A DNA stretch of 64,000 nucleotides from Acidimicrobiales bacterium. GTDB taxonomy: Bacteria; Actinomycetota; Acidimicrobiia; Acidimicrobiales; CATQHL01. Position 1 is the first letter of the stretch. Every line of letters starts with the position of its first letter. The position numbers were made by a program, and so were the translations under genes. A model generated the notes under the pieces. The model was not told the DNA's origin. It worked only from the letters and a program-made list of their open reading frames with translations, and searched no databases. The DNA lies in assembly GCA_963664235.1 (NCBI GenBank), contig OY760933.1, positions 2,395,419 to 2,459,418 of the forward strand, written 5' to 3'. Shown here one piece after another: positions 1 to 8,811 of this stretch.

Positions 1-354
1 GAGACCTTCGGGTGCCAGCACGTCGATCACCATGTGCCCCCGGGCGTAGCGATGAGCGACACCGTCAGGGGACCCTCCGGCCAGCGTGAACCCGGCGGCC
101 TCGATGTGGCGGACGATATCCCGCACCGCGCCGGCGACGACGCGGGCGTTCACCAGGATGTCCAAATCGGTCGAGACGCGGGCCGGCTCGATGCCGTGCT
201 CGAGGGCATGTAGTAGGACCATCTGGCCGCCGATGAGGGTCCAGCCGTCGGGCTTGGCGGCGGCAAGATCGCACAACGTGGTCCAGATCTCGCCCGCCGG
301 GCCCGGAGCCGGCGGCAGCACTAGAGGCGGGCCTGGCAGCCTCGGGGTGTTCAC
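1..354 (-). CDS. nucleotidyltransferase-fold toxin-like protein (AbiEii-like); 3' end runs off the window
   Basis: Absent from the ORF track because it is truncated. Minus-strand reading from GTG at 354 (GTGA overlap with the stop of 351..1016) gives VNTPRLPGPP..GWTLIGGQMVLLHALEHGIEPARVSTDLDILV, a GG..(S/T)xDhD minimal nucleotidyltransferase motif. Confidence 0.5.
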   Translation of the reverse strand, partial: MNTPRLPGPPLVLPPAPGPAGEIWTTLCDLAAAKPDGWTLIGGQMVLLHALEHGIEPARVSTDLDILVNARVVAGAVRDIVRHIEAAGFTLAGGSPDGVAHRYARGHMVIDVLAPEGL

Positions 355-1016
355 AGGTGGGCGAGTAGTTCGGCGCCCAGGCGGCGCTCGCGGGCGTTCG
401 GGGACTCCGCGAGATCCACGGCAACGACGGGCAGCGGCGCCGCCGCGGCGCCAGGTGTGAACGGCCAGCAGGCGTCGGGCACCGTGCGCAGGCGCACGTT
501 GTGAGGATCAGCGCCCTCTTCCATCGGTACTTCCTCGAGCAGGGCCGCCAACTCGCCGGCGCGGACATAGGCGTCGAGGGGGCCACCGCCGCCGAGCGCC
601 AAGTCGTGGTCGGGCGCGGCGCTGGCGGCCGTGCGGACCACCCCGTCGCGCTCGGTGATTCGCGGGATCGCCGCGGGATGCGCGTAGAACCAGCGGAGCG
701 CGGCGCGCTCCCGGAGCTGGTCCAACAGCTCGGGCACGCCACGCGCGTAGCGCCCGCGGGCGCGGCTACGCGCCGCCGGCGACCCGGCGGGCTCCTCACC
801 GCACGCCAACGCCAAGACTGCCCACGCGGCTGCCGCGGTCCACGGCCGGTGAGCAGGACGACGTACCTGCTCGGCTACCCGCACCGCCGGCTCGTCGACC
901 ACCCACACGCCGCCAACACGCTGACCCGCCAGCGCGTCACTCAAGAGCATCTGCCGCACCCGCCGCGGGCTCACCCCCAACTCGGCCGCGGCCGCCGCAA
1001 CGCTGAACAACTTCAT
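351..1016 (-). CDS. HTH DNA-binding protein, AbiEi-like antitoxin candidate
   Basis: Internal ATG at 1016 of ORF 351..1292. MKLFSVAAAAAELGVSPRRVRQMLL is an excisionase/MerR-type HTH. Translationally coupled to the downstream nucleotidyltransferase gene. The upstream 92 aa of the ORF were rejected as a shadow extension. Confidence 0.5.
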   Translation of the reverse strand: MKLFSVAAAAAELGVSPRRVRQMLLSDALAGQRVGGVWVVDEPAVRVAEQVRRPAHRPWTAAAAWAVLALACGEEPAGSPAARSRARGRYARGVPELLDQLRERAALRWFYAHPAAIPRITERDGVVRTAASAAPDHDLALGGGGPLDAYVRAGELAALLEEVPMEEGADPHNVRLRTVPDACWPFTPGAAAAPLPVVAVDLAESPNARERRLGAELLAHL

Positions 1017-1301
1017 TACATAAGTATACCGATCACGGATATGTTCGGCGATGCAGTCCTCGCGGCGGGCCACGGGCGCCGCACCGCCGACCCTCCCAGG
1101 TCCAGGTGCTGTCCCGGTCAACCCACCACAGCGACCCGCAGAAGTGCCCAGGCCCGCCCACAAAACGCAACTCGGCGACCTCGGGGCGGGCCAGTAGCGG
1201 TCCAGGCGCGGCCACAACTCGTGATTACCGTCGACAACGACGAACGGAACCGGCGAAGACATGGCGCGCCGCATCGCTTCCGGCCACGGCATCGCCTCGC
1301 C

Positions 1302-1370
1302 GGTGCCGAGATCATCCCCCTGGTGGTTGTGACCGACAACAGCCCGGCCACGAAGTCCGTCGCCGTCTGG
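1302..1370 (+). pseudogene. integrase-core (rve) transposase fragment
   Basis: GAEIIPLVVVTDNSPATKSVAVW. The DNA is homologous to the reverse complement of about 9990-10060 (GEIIPLVIVTNNGPAMKSVAV) and carries the TDNG-type rve motif. Confidence 0.45.
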
Positions 1371-1407
1371 GGTTCCCCCGGGCCCGTCAGGAATTTGTGG
1401 TTGGGCT

Positions 1408-1625
1408 CATGCGGTCATCGCACTGATTTGGGCGTAGCGCTCTGATGGTGTCATCCATCCGAGGATTCGTCTAGGGCGGCCGTTGAGCTCATCGGCGATC
1501 GTCTGGTGGAGAACGTGCTCGCAGGTTCTGCGGGAGTCGAGCGGTGTCGCGGACTACTGCTGCTGATGGGGTGTGGCCGATCCAGCGGTGCAGAGGCGCT
1601 CTGGTCGGGTCATGGCCCAGCGCGA
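1408..1625 (-). pseudogene. IS30-family transposase C-terminal remnant (frame-broken)
   Basis: Minus strand reads ..TPLDSRRTCEHVLHQTIADELNGRPRRILGWMTPSERYAQISAMTA*. ELNGRPR..LGW.TP is the characteristic IS30 C-terminus. A PHS.W piece lies upstream in another frame, behind a TAG. Confidence 0.55.
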
Positions 1626-1880
1626 ATGTGGTTTCGGTGTCGTTGCCGGCGAATTCCGGACTCAGAACGGCCGGGGCGGGGTGAACTGGGTGCGCTCGAG
1701 TCGCCGGTCGGGCATGCGGTACTGGACGCTTCCGCGTCGCGGCGCGGCGACTCCCGTGGGCCCCGCGTGCACGCCTGCAGAGGGCGCCGGGGAGGTCCCG
1801 GCGGCGGGTCGCGCCCGCCCGCTGGTGTCTCGTGGCGGCGGGCTCGGCGCGGCGGCGCCAACGTGTTGCGCTCGGGTGTT

Positions 1881-2072
1881 TCATGTCGACGGGGCGAGGT
1901 TCGTGATCCATTCCTGGACCTCCGATAGGCGCCAGCCAACGGCGCGGCTATCGGGCCCGCCGAGGCGGACCGGTTGCGGGAAATCCCCCGAGTTGACGAG
2001 CCGATACAGGGTCGTCTTGCTGAGACCCGTTCGTTCCAGGACCTTGTCAATTCGCAGAATGCGGTCTTCCAT
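1881..2072 (-). CDS. AlpA-family (excisionase-type) HTH regulator
   Basis: MEDRILRIDKVLERTGLSKTTLYRLVNSGDFPQPVRLG..RAVGWRLSEVQEWI. GGAGGA RBS before the ATG at 2072. Confidence 0.7.
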   Translation of the reverse strand: MEDRILRIDKVLERTGLSKTTLYRLVNSGDFPQPVRLGGPDSRAVGWRLSEVQEWITNLAPST

Positions 2073-2151
2073 CGTCCTCCTCAGTGCGAGGCGCGGCTCG
2101 GTGGCGTGCCGAACCGGCAGCACCGTCGCCGCCGCAGCGCTGCGGCGGCGC

Positions 2152-2340
2152 TCACGCTGCGCGCGGCCGGCTCTCTATCCACGCCTCGATCTCGGAGCGC
2201 AACCACCTTCTGGCGCGGGGACCGACCATGATCCCAGGAGGGAAGCCGGCGTCTTCGATGCGTCGGCGCACCGTCGAGGGGCTCATCGCGACGAGCTCGC
2301 AGACCTCCTTCAACGTCAACAGTTGTTCCCGTTCAGGCAT
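2152..2340 (-). CDS. AlpA-family (excisionase-type) HTH regulator, second copy
   Basis: MPEREQLLTLKEVCELVAMSPSTVRRRIEDAGFPPGIMVGPRARRWLRSEIEAWI. AAGGAG RBS before the ATG at 2340. Confidence 0.7.
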   Translation of the reverse strand: MPEREQLLTLKEVCELVAMSPSTVRRRIEDAGFPPGIMVGPRARRWLRSEIEAWIESRPRAA

Positions 2341-2611
2341 GACCTTCTCCTTGCTGGCTTGATAAGACGCCGCTCCCGGCGCCAGGCAGCTCCTTTTCAC
2401 GGCACAACCAGCTATACCAGGACCCGCGCGACGGGCTAGATGTGAAAACCGGGTCGTGACCTCACTCGTGGCGGTGGAGGGGCTGCGAAAGCGGACGCGA
2501 CCTGGGGTGTCGCGGGGACCGCCTTGTCCCGCGGCGGGTGCTCGCGGTGGTCTCCGGGGGTCGTCGACGGGTCGCGGCGGTGGGACCTATCGGATCCACC
2601 GACGGCGCCTG

Positions 2612-2995
2612 CTAGACGTCGACGCCGCCGATGTCCGGCGGGGAGATGTCCGCCGGCGACGCCTCGGCGAACAGTCGCGAGAACGACGCCGTGACCTGCG
2701 GCGCCCGGCGCTGGAAGTACGCCATGACGACTTGGCGGGCGTCGACGCCGAAGGTGGCGTGCATGGCCGGATCGTCGTCGAGGTAGCGGAAGTCCCCCAG
2801 GTGTCCCAGGAACGTCCGCGCGGTCTCCAGATCCTCGCTGCGGCGGTGCCTCAGCCACACCGCCAGCGCCGTGCCGCCCATGAGGACGGTGCCCGCTGGC
2901 AGTGCCGCGGCGACCTTCGGCCACGCCTGCACCGTGCCCTCGGGCAGCAGGCCGCGCAGGTCCTCAAGGGTTGTCACGGCGCCACCGTGTTGCAT
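2612..2995 (-). CDS. short nucleotidyltransferase-like protein (AbiEii N-terminal-like)
   Basis: LMGGTALAVWLRHRRSEDLE resembles the GGTAL..HR.S.DlD motif of AbiEii-type toxins. Only about 127 aa, so possibly truncated. Confidence 0.35.
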   Translation of the reverse strand: MQHGGAVTTLEDLRGLLPEGTVQAWPKVAAALPAGTVLMGGTALAVWLRHRRSEDLETARTFLGHLGDFRYLDDDPAMHATFGVDARQVVMAYFQRRAPQVTASFSRLFAEASPADISPPDIGGVDV

Positions 2996-3524
2996 CGGCG
3001 GCAAGATCCCGACGATCGCGCGGCACGTGCGGCCTGCAGGCCACCGCCTCGAGCGCCTCGACGGGGAGCGCGAACAGCGCCCACCCCCACGACGTCACAT
3101 CGTCGCTGGTGAGGATCCGCTCGGCCACGAAGGTCGCATCACGCGGCAACCGGTAGGCCGCCACGTCCCCGGACCAGAACAGGTGCCCGAACCGCTCCGG
3201 CGCCCTCTCGGGCATCGGCCCGACGCCGAGCCGCGGCGCCTGGGTGTGTCCCAGCACGTCGCCGGCGACAAGCCACGCCGTCGCCGCCAATCGCCAGATC
3301 CGCTCGCGCCGCACCGGGCGCGACGGCACCGGTTCCACTTCGCATTCCACGAGACCGACGCCGGCGAGGCCCTCCAGCGCGGCGGCTGCCTCCGGGGCGG
3401 AGAGGTCAGCGGCGGCGACAACCGACGCCGGATACAGGCCCAGCGGGCGGTGCGACAGCGCCACGAGGACGCGTTCCTCGTTACGACTCAGGCGCAGCGC
3501 CCGCGTCGGCGCAACAACCGCCAT
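2964..3524 (-). CDS. winged-helix DNA-binding protein (antitoxin candidate)
   Basis: Internal ATG at 3524. LSRNEERVLVALSHRPLGLYPASVVAAADLSAPEAAAALEGLAGVGLVE is a wHTH-like segment. Overlaps the downstream NTase-like gene. Confidence 0.4.
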   Translation of the reverse strand: MAVVAPTRALRLSRNEERVLVALSHRPLGLYPASVVAAADLSAPEAAAALEGLAGVGLVECEVEPVPSRPVRRERIWRLAATAWLVAGDVLGHTQAPRLGVGPMPERAPERFGHLFWSGDVAAYRLPRDATFVAERILTSDDVTSWGWALFALPVEALEAVACRPHVPRDRRDLAADATRWRRDNP

Positions 3525-3923
3525 GTCGCCAGCCGAAGCGGCGGCCTCGAGCAGCGACCTCCGAGACAGCCTGGCGCGAGCCGGCCGGTGGCGTGCTGGC
3601 CACCGACGGCCGGCTGCTTCCCACCAGCGGCTGGCGCCTGGCCGGACTCGCCGCGCTCGCCCCGTTGGGGAGGCACTCAACGAGCAAGCCACCGCCACGA
3701 GGCGGGGCATGTGACAACGAGCCATCCCCCCCCGGCGCCGGGCGGCGCGCCCACGCGCGGGCACGGCGCCATCACTGACGGCGAGCTGGTCCGGGCGGCG
3801 CATCGCCAACCGCTGGCGGCGCGTGTCGGTCACGGTCTGCAGCTAGCCGAGCGCCGGAGTGCACGAGGTTGCAGCAGGTCCGCGCGATACTGTTCGCGTG
3901 CTGTGCCAGGACTAGACGAGACA

Positions 3924-4406
3924 ATGGCGCCGCGTTCCCTCGGGGACCAGATCCTCGACGCGCTCGGGTGCAGCAACGGCCCCCTCTCTGTTGCCGCCCT
4001 CGCCGAGACGCTCGGGCGGGGCCGGACCGCCGTCGCGCGGGCCGCGCGGCGCCTGTGGGCAGCAGGGCTCATCAGCCCCGAGACACCGCCGCCGGTCGCC
4101 GGGCGCTACCCGACGCCGCTGTGGAGCCTCGGCGGCTCGGTCCCGTGGCGGCCCGGGGACACGCACATGCGTGCGCTGCGTTGCCTGCCCGGGCCCTTCG
4201 ACGACGCCCCCTGCATGCACGAGGCCGTCGCCAAGGCCATCGGCGTCCACCGGCACCACGCCAAAGACCTGCTCTATGACCTGCGGGCCGCCGGCCTCGT
4301 GGAGACATCGGCTCTCGAAGACCACACCGATCTGCGCCGTACCCGCGCGACGTGGCGGCGCACACCTGCCGGCAACAAAGCCTCAGGCCTCGCTCGGCGA
4401 GCCTGA
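3924..4406 (+). CDS. tandem winged-helix (MarR-like) DNA-binding protein
   Basis: MAPRSLGDQILDALGCSNGPLSVAALAETLGRGRTAVARAARRLWAAGLI, plus a second wHTH-like segment AKAIGVHRHHAKDLLYDLRAAGLVE. Confidence 0.5.
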   Translation: MAPRSLGDQILDALGCSNGPLSVAALAETLGRGRTAVARAARRLWAAGLISPETPPPVAGRYPTPLWSLGGSVPWRPGDTHMRALRCLPGPFDDAPCMHEAVAKAIGVHRHHAKDLLYDLRAAGLVETSALEDHTDLRRTRATWRRTPAGNKASGLARRA

Positions 4407-4493
4407 CCTGACGGAGGTGCCGAACTGATTAGCCAGGGCCGGGCCGGCGCCTAAACAACCCAACGGCCCGCGCAAGCGCGACCCCTCGCCGCT

Positions 4494-4723
4494 GTCGGCG
4501 GCGAGGGCGCCCTCGTCGCCTGGCAGAGCAGCACGCCTGTCGCCGGCAACGCTGAGCACTACGCCCGCGTCGTCGCTGAGCGGGCGACTCTGCGGCGCCT
4601 CGCCGGCGTGCCGGTGTGGATCGACGACAACGCGATCGTCGGCGTGTTCGACATCCGCGCCCGGGCGCGACGCCACCACGCCGCCTACGGGCACCTCAGC
4701 CTCATCGTCGTGGACTACCTGCA
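4494..4723 (+). pseudogene. replicative DNA helicase (DnaB-like) remnant with large internal deletion
   Basis: A single frame reads ..PVAGNAEHYARVVAERATLRRLAG (DnaB N-domain end) joined directly to VPVWIDDNAIVGVFDIRARARRHHAAYGHLSLIVVDYLQ (DnaB C-domain). The Walker A region is missing. Confidence 0.55.
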
Positions 4724-4869
4724 GGCGCTCAAGGCGAGCAGGACCTTATCGACGTCACCGATAGGCGGCGCAGGGGAGGTCATCGCGGCCCCGGTGCCGG
4801 CGAGACAGCGGGGCCGCCGCGCCGGAAAGGGTCGATAACGACCAACGGGACCCCATGGGGCCGGGCCGG

Positions 4870-5412
4870 TCAGACGTCGAGGCCGGTGTCGGGAGTTGTC
4901 TCGATGACGTCCTCGATCCAGCGGCGCTGGCGTTCCCCGAGGCGCTCGCCGGCGAAGACGTCCGCCACGATGTCGTCGACCTCATCGGCTGAGGGGGAGC
5001 CGCAGTGACCCAGGAGCCGCAGCGTGTCGGCGATGTCGGACTCCCGCGCCGCGCGGGCCTTCATGGCTAGGAGGTGCCGGGGCGATGCGACGGTGACGAC
5101 AAGGCCCGGATGATCGAAGACGACGCTGCTGTGGGCATCGTCGGTCAGCGGCAGGTAGCCGGTCACCTGCTCGTTGAGCCAGGTGCCCAGCCAGCCCCGC
5201 TCGGCGGCGACCTCATGCACCGCGGCGAACAGTTCGCCGCGGCCCTCGCTGATGGCGACATCGAGATCCCGGGTGAGCCGGTCGGCGTCGTAGGCGAACG
5301 CCATGGTGCCGCCGCCGGTGAGGTACACGCGGGCTTGGACGCTGCGCCGCTCCAGGCGCCGAGCGACGTCGAACAGGGCGTCGCGAGGTTCGACGGCGGA
5401 CCGCGGGTCCAC
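4870..5412 (-). CDS. nucleotidyltransferase-fold protein (toxin-like)
   Basis: VYLTGGGTMAFAYDADRLTRDLDVAI is a GG..R.T.DlD nucleotidyltransferase motif. GTG start abuts the stop of 5413..5766. Confidence 0.55.
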   Translation of the reverse strand: MDPRSAVEPRDALFDVARRLERRSVQARVYLTGGGTMAFAYDADRLTRDLDVAISEGRGELFAAVHEVAAERGWLGTWLNEQVTGYLPLTDDAHSSVVFDHPGLVVTVASPRHLLAMKARAARESDIADTLRLLGHCGSPSADEVDDIVADVFAGERLGERQRRWIEDVIETTPDTGLDV

Positions 5413-5766
5413 CTAGACGACGACGAGTTCGCGGCGCGGGAACCAGATGCCGTGCGCCTCGAAATGGCCGGGCGTGGTGAGGATCGTCCCGGCCCGCTCG
5501 CGGGGAAAGCGCCGAACCGCGAACCAGAACCGCGCCAGGTAACGGTGCGGAGTGGACGTCCACGGCGGCGCCGGCAGGTCGGCGTGGTACGCGAGATGCT
5601 CCGCATACGCGGCCAAGAAGGCGTCCCACCGCGAATCGAACAGCGCAGGCTCGGCGGCCAACAACACGACCCGTTCGCCCGGCGAGGCGTGCTGGAACGC
5701 CAAGCCGAACTCGTGCAAGATCAGCCGGAGCCGGAAATCATCATCACTGGCGCGCAGCGCCGGCAC
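5413..5766 (-). CDS. partner of NTase 4870..5412, probably 5'-truncated by the IS110 insertion
   Basis: The frame stays open upstream of the GTG at 5766 into the IS110 flank with no further start. No HTH is visible in the 117 aa. Confidence 0.4.
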   Translation of the reverse strand: MPALRASDDDFRLRLILHEFGLAFQHASPGERVVLLAAEPALFDSRWDAFLAAYAEHLAYHADLPAPPWTSTPHRYLARFWFAVRRFPRERAGTILTTPGHFEAHGIWFPRRELVVV

Positions 5767-7050
5767 ATAAGCCGCCGACTTGTTAACTCGTGGCTGGTTG
5801 GCGGGCTCGGCCGAGTTCGTCGATCGAGGGAGGTGTCGGGACGCTCGGTAAGCCTCTGCCGCCTTCGGGTTGGCTCGGTAATGGCATGCGGCCCGGCACC
5901 TCCCGCCGTCGCCACGAGTGGCTCAACAGAGGCCTGCATTGCCCCAAGTCGGACTGCCCTCCAGCGACACCGCACCAGAACCCTGAGCCCCGAGGAGGAG
6001 CCCATGTCCGTCACGATCGGCTGCGACGCCCACAAGACCTCAGTCACGATTGCCGTGCTCGATCAACGCCGAGGGGTGTTGCATCAGCAGACCTTCCCAA
6101 CCAACCGCGTCGGACGCCGCGACCTGGTCACGGTCGGCCGGCGTTGGCCGAACCGGCGCTGGGCCGTCGAAGGCGCCGCCGGCAGCGGCGCACCCGTCGC
6201 TCAGCACCTTGTCGCCGCAGGCGAGCAGGTCGTCGATGTGCCCGCCAAACTCGCCACCCGCGTTCGGCTGTTGTCCACCGGTCACGGCCGCAAGAACGAC
6301 GATGCCGACGCGATCGCGGTCGGCATCGCGGCGATCGACAACGACCGACTCAACGGCGTCGCCGCCGAAAGTCACGCCACCACGCTGCGACTCCTCGCCG
6401 ACCGTCGCGACGACCTGTGTCGGCAACGCACCCAGACGCTCAACCGGCTGCACGCCATGATGGCCCACCTGGTCCCCGGCGAGAAGATCTCCCGCGGCTC
6501 GATCGACACCGCACGCCAACTCCTCCGCCGAGTGCGGTCCACCGACCCGGTCACCAAGACTCGACGCCAGCTCGCTGTCGAGCTCCTCGCTGATCTTCGC
6601 CACCTCGACCGGGCGCTCGCCTCGCTCGAGACCCGCACCACCGAAGCCGTCGCCGAGAGCCACACCTCGCTGACCGAATTGTTCGGCATCGGCCCGGTCC
6701 TAGCCGCCAAGATCCTCGGCCACGTCGGCGACATCACCCGCTTCAACAGCAAAGACCAGTTCGCGTCCTACACCGGAACCGCACCGATCGAAGCCTCCTC
6801 CGGCGACGTCGTTCGGCATCGCCTCTCCCGAGCCGGCAACCGACAACTGAACTCGGCGCTCCACATCATGGCGCTCTCCCAGATCCGCCAACCCACCGCT
6901 GGACAGGACTACTACCGGCGCAAGATCGCCGAGGGTAAGAGCCGTCGAGAAGCCCTTCGCTGCGTCAAGCGACGGCTGTCTGACCTGGTCTTCCGCACCC
7001 TCCTCGCCGACCATCGACGCCATCTCGCCCCGTCGACTTGACACACAGAG
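5767..7050 (+). mobile_element. IS110-family insertion sequence (boundaries approximate)
   Basis: Contains transposase 6004..7041. Bounded on the left by the truncated gene at 5766 and on the right by the broken IS256 transposase at about 7055. Confidence 0.6.
6004..7041 (+). CDS. IS110-family transposase
   Basis: MSVTIGCDAHKTSVTIAVL, RWAVEGAAGSG and GRKNDDADAIAV (DEDD motifs). C-terminal LFGIGPVLAAKILGHVGDITRFNSKDQFASYTGTAPIEASSG..HRLSRAGNRQLNSALH. Confidence 0.9.
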   Translation: MSVTIGCDAHKTSVTIAVLDQRRGVLHQQTFPTNRVGRRDLVTVGRRWPNRRWAVEGAAGSGAPVAQHLVAAGEQVVDVPAKLATRVRLLSTGHGRKNDDADAIAVGIAAIDNDRLNGVAAESHATTLRLLADRRDDLCRQRTQTLNRLHAMMAHLVPGEKISRGSIDTARQLLRRVRSTDPVTKTRRQLAVELLADLRHLDRALASLETRTTEAVAESHTSLTELFGIGPVLAAKILGHVGDITRFNSKDQFASYTGTAPIEASSGDVVRHRLSRAGNRQLNSALHIMALSQIRQPTAGQDYYRRKIAEGKSRREALRCVKRRLSDLVFRTLLADHRRHLAPST

Positions 7051-7054
7051 GCGC

Positions 7055-7363
7055 CATGACCACCGCCCACAGGGCACGGTCGATGCGCCGGCGGGGCTCA
7101 AGCAGCGACGGGAAGAAGCTGCCCGTGCGCAGCTTGGGGATCTTCAACTCGATATCGCCGGCCCGGGTTGCCAACAGCCGCGGCCGGTGCCCGTTGCGCT
7201 CAGTCACACGGGCGTCGCTGCGCTCATACCGCCCCGCGCCGATCGCCTCGGCCTCGATCAGCTCCTGGAGCACCAACTCCACCGCTTCGCGGACCAAGCT
7301 CGCGCCGCCGCCGGCGCGGAAACTTTCCCACAGCTGTGCCGTGGCAGTATCAGAATGGGTCAT
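7055..7363 (-). pseudogene. IS256-family transposase N-terminal fragment, cut by IS110
   Basis: MTHSDTATAQLWESF..IGAGRYERSDARVTERNGHRPRLLATRAGDIELKIPKLRTGSFFPSLLEPRRRIDRALWAVVM, after which homology stops. The IS256 leader/IR region probably extends to about 7448. Confidence 0.85.
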
Positions 7364-7580
7364 CGGTGTGTCCTCCTCGATGAGTGAGTAGTTGCTCTCA
7401 CCGAGGATCATGCCGATGACCCACCTACAGGTGGACCCTCCCAGCTACCTCAAAATCCCACTGTAAGTATGTCCGTGGCGCTCCGGAAGGGGTGCCAGGC
7501 TGGTGGCGGCGGCACCGCTCCTCGCCGATCCGTGAACCTCCCCGGGACGTTCAGGGTTTGTGGGTCGGCTTGGCTGGGGG

Positions 7581-8009
7581 TCAGATGTCTAGTTCGGTGA
7601 ACGCTGTTCGGCTCGCTCTGTACATGAATGGGCCCTCGTGTGTGAGGAGGGCCTTGATCTTGAGCCATTGGTTCATCAGGACCTCTAGTTGGCCCCATTT
7701 CGTGTCGGCGTCTCTTGGCCAGAGAAGGACCATTCGTGCTCCGTGGTCAAGGACGGATTGCCGTTCGGCTACGTGGTTGCGGGTCTGGTTGTCTCGGCTG
7801 ATGATCAGGTAGCCCGCGTGTGTGACTTGGGGGATCCACTCGGTGTCGGGGATGTCGCTGCTTGTGATGAGGCACGGCGGCCTGATTCTCTTGTGGACTG
7901 TGGCGCCTTGGTCTCCGGGGTATGTGCTGTCGGCGCGTAGTTGGCCGATGAGCATTCCCAGGCCGCGAATATCGGCGTCGAAGTAGAAGCGGACGACAGC
8001 GGGTTTCAC
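7581..8009 (-). CDS. PIN-like / Mut7-C-like (DUF5615-type) putative toxin
   Basis: VVRFYFDADI..DTEWIPQVTHAGYLIISRDNQ..HGARMVLL. GTGA overlap with the upstream DUF433 gene. Lower GC than the surroundings. Confidence 0.45.
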   Translation of the reverse strand: MKPAVVRFYFDADIRGLGMLIGQLRADSTYPGDQGATVHKRIRPPCLITSSDIPDTEWIPQVTHAGYLIISRDNQTRNHVAERQSVLDHGARMVLLWPRDADTKWGQLEVLMNQWLKIKALLTHEGPFMYRASRTAFTELDI

Positions 8010-8737
8010 GCCGCTTTTTGGGCGCGGCTCTTGCGGTTGTTGGCGCTGCGTCGAGAGTGTTCGTAGGCCCGCGCCCAGATGACGTCGTCGATGTCGAGGT
8101 CGAACTGTGCTGCTACGTCGTGTTCGTCCTCTCCTCCCTCAAGGTGGTTGTCGATCGCTTCCGTGCTGATGCCTTTTATGGCGGGCCGGCCGAAGCGGTG
8201 GGTCGGCCGACAGCGGACAGGGGAGTGCTGGTCATCGTGGGGACGCCATCCAACCGCCAGATCCGCTTCCCAGTCGACACGACTGATAAACGAGGCCGCT
8301 GGCGGGGTGAGCACGAGTTGGCCGTCCGTCTTGGCTACAAGCCAGAAGTCCCCTTGGAGGCCAGACTCTTCCTGGACCTTGAGCAGCAGTCGAGGACCGT
8401 TGCCCACGAAAGGCTTGGAATGGGCGAGCGGGTATAGGGTCCCCTCCTCCTCCCGCAGTTTTCGGACGAATTGCCTGATCTCGCCAAGCTGCACCTGCTG
8501 TGCGCGGCGGTACTCTCGGAGGAGCGCCGCCTCGACAAACTCGCCCCAGGTGAGACGGCTAACGCCTGTGGGCTCGGGACGGATCACGGGCGGATACTCG
8601 CGGCCGTGATCAGACTTGCCCTCTAGCCACCAGTGCAGGGTTGGCCGTGGGACCCCGAGGATCTTCGCTGCTTCTGGCAGGGAGTAGACCGGCCGGTCCA
8701 ATAGGTCCGCGCTCAGGGCCGTATGATCGTTGGGCAT
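8006..8737 (-). CDS. HTH + DUF433-type putative antitoxin
   Basis: ATG at 8737 with a GGAGGA RBS. VYSLPEAAKILGVPRPTLHWWLEG is an HTH. C-terminal RFGRPAIKGISTEAIDNHLEGGEDEHDVAAQFDLDIDDVIWARAYE resembles DUF433. Confidence 0.55.
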   Translation of the reverse strand: MPNDHTALSADLLDRPVYSLPEAAKILGVPRPTLHWWLEGKSDHGREYPPVIRPEPTGVSRLTWGEFVEAALLREYRRAQQVQLGEIRQFVRKLREEEGTLYPLAHSKPFVGNGPRLLLKVQEESGLQGDFWLVAKTDGQLVLTPPAASFISRVDWEADLAVGWRPHDDQHSPVRCRPTHRFGRPAIKGISTEAIDNHLEGGEDEHDVAAQFDLDIDDVIWARAYEHSRRSANNRKSRAQKAA

Positions 8738-8811
8738 GCCGCCTGTCCTCCGTTGGGCAATTGCATAGATCGGTGTTCCATGGGTGGGTTCATGGGTCGA
8801 TCCGGCGGGGG

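Noticed and set aside
1190-1340. Minus-strand peptide VVGHNHQGDDLGTGEAMPW..PFVVVDGNHELW, which resembles a metallophosphoesterase (GNHE motif)
   Set aside because: Part of the DNA (1302-1370) is homologous to the rve transposase remnant at about 9990-10060, read on the other strand. What remains is about 30 aa with a single motif, too little to call. It could be a real fragment, but that is not supportable.
5074-6003. Upstream 310 aa of ORF 5074..7041
   Set aside because: It overlaps two minus-strand genes antisense. IS110 transposase homology starts at MSVTIGCDAHK (6004).
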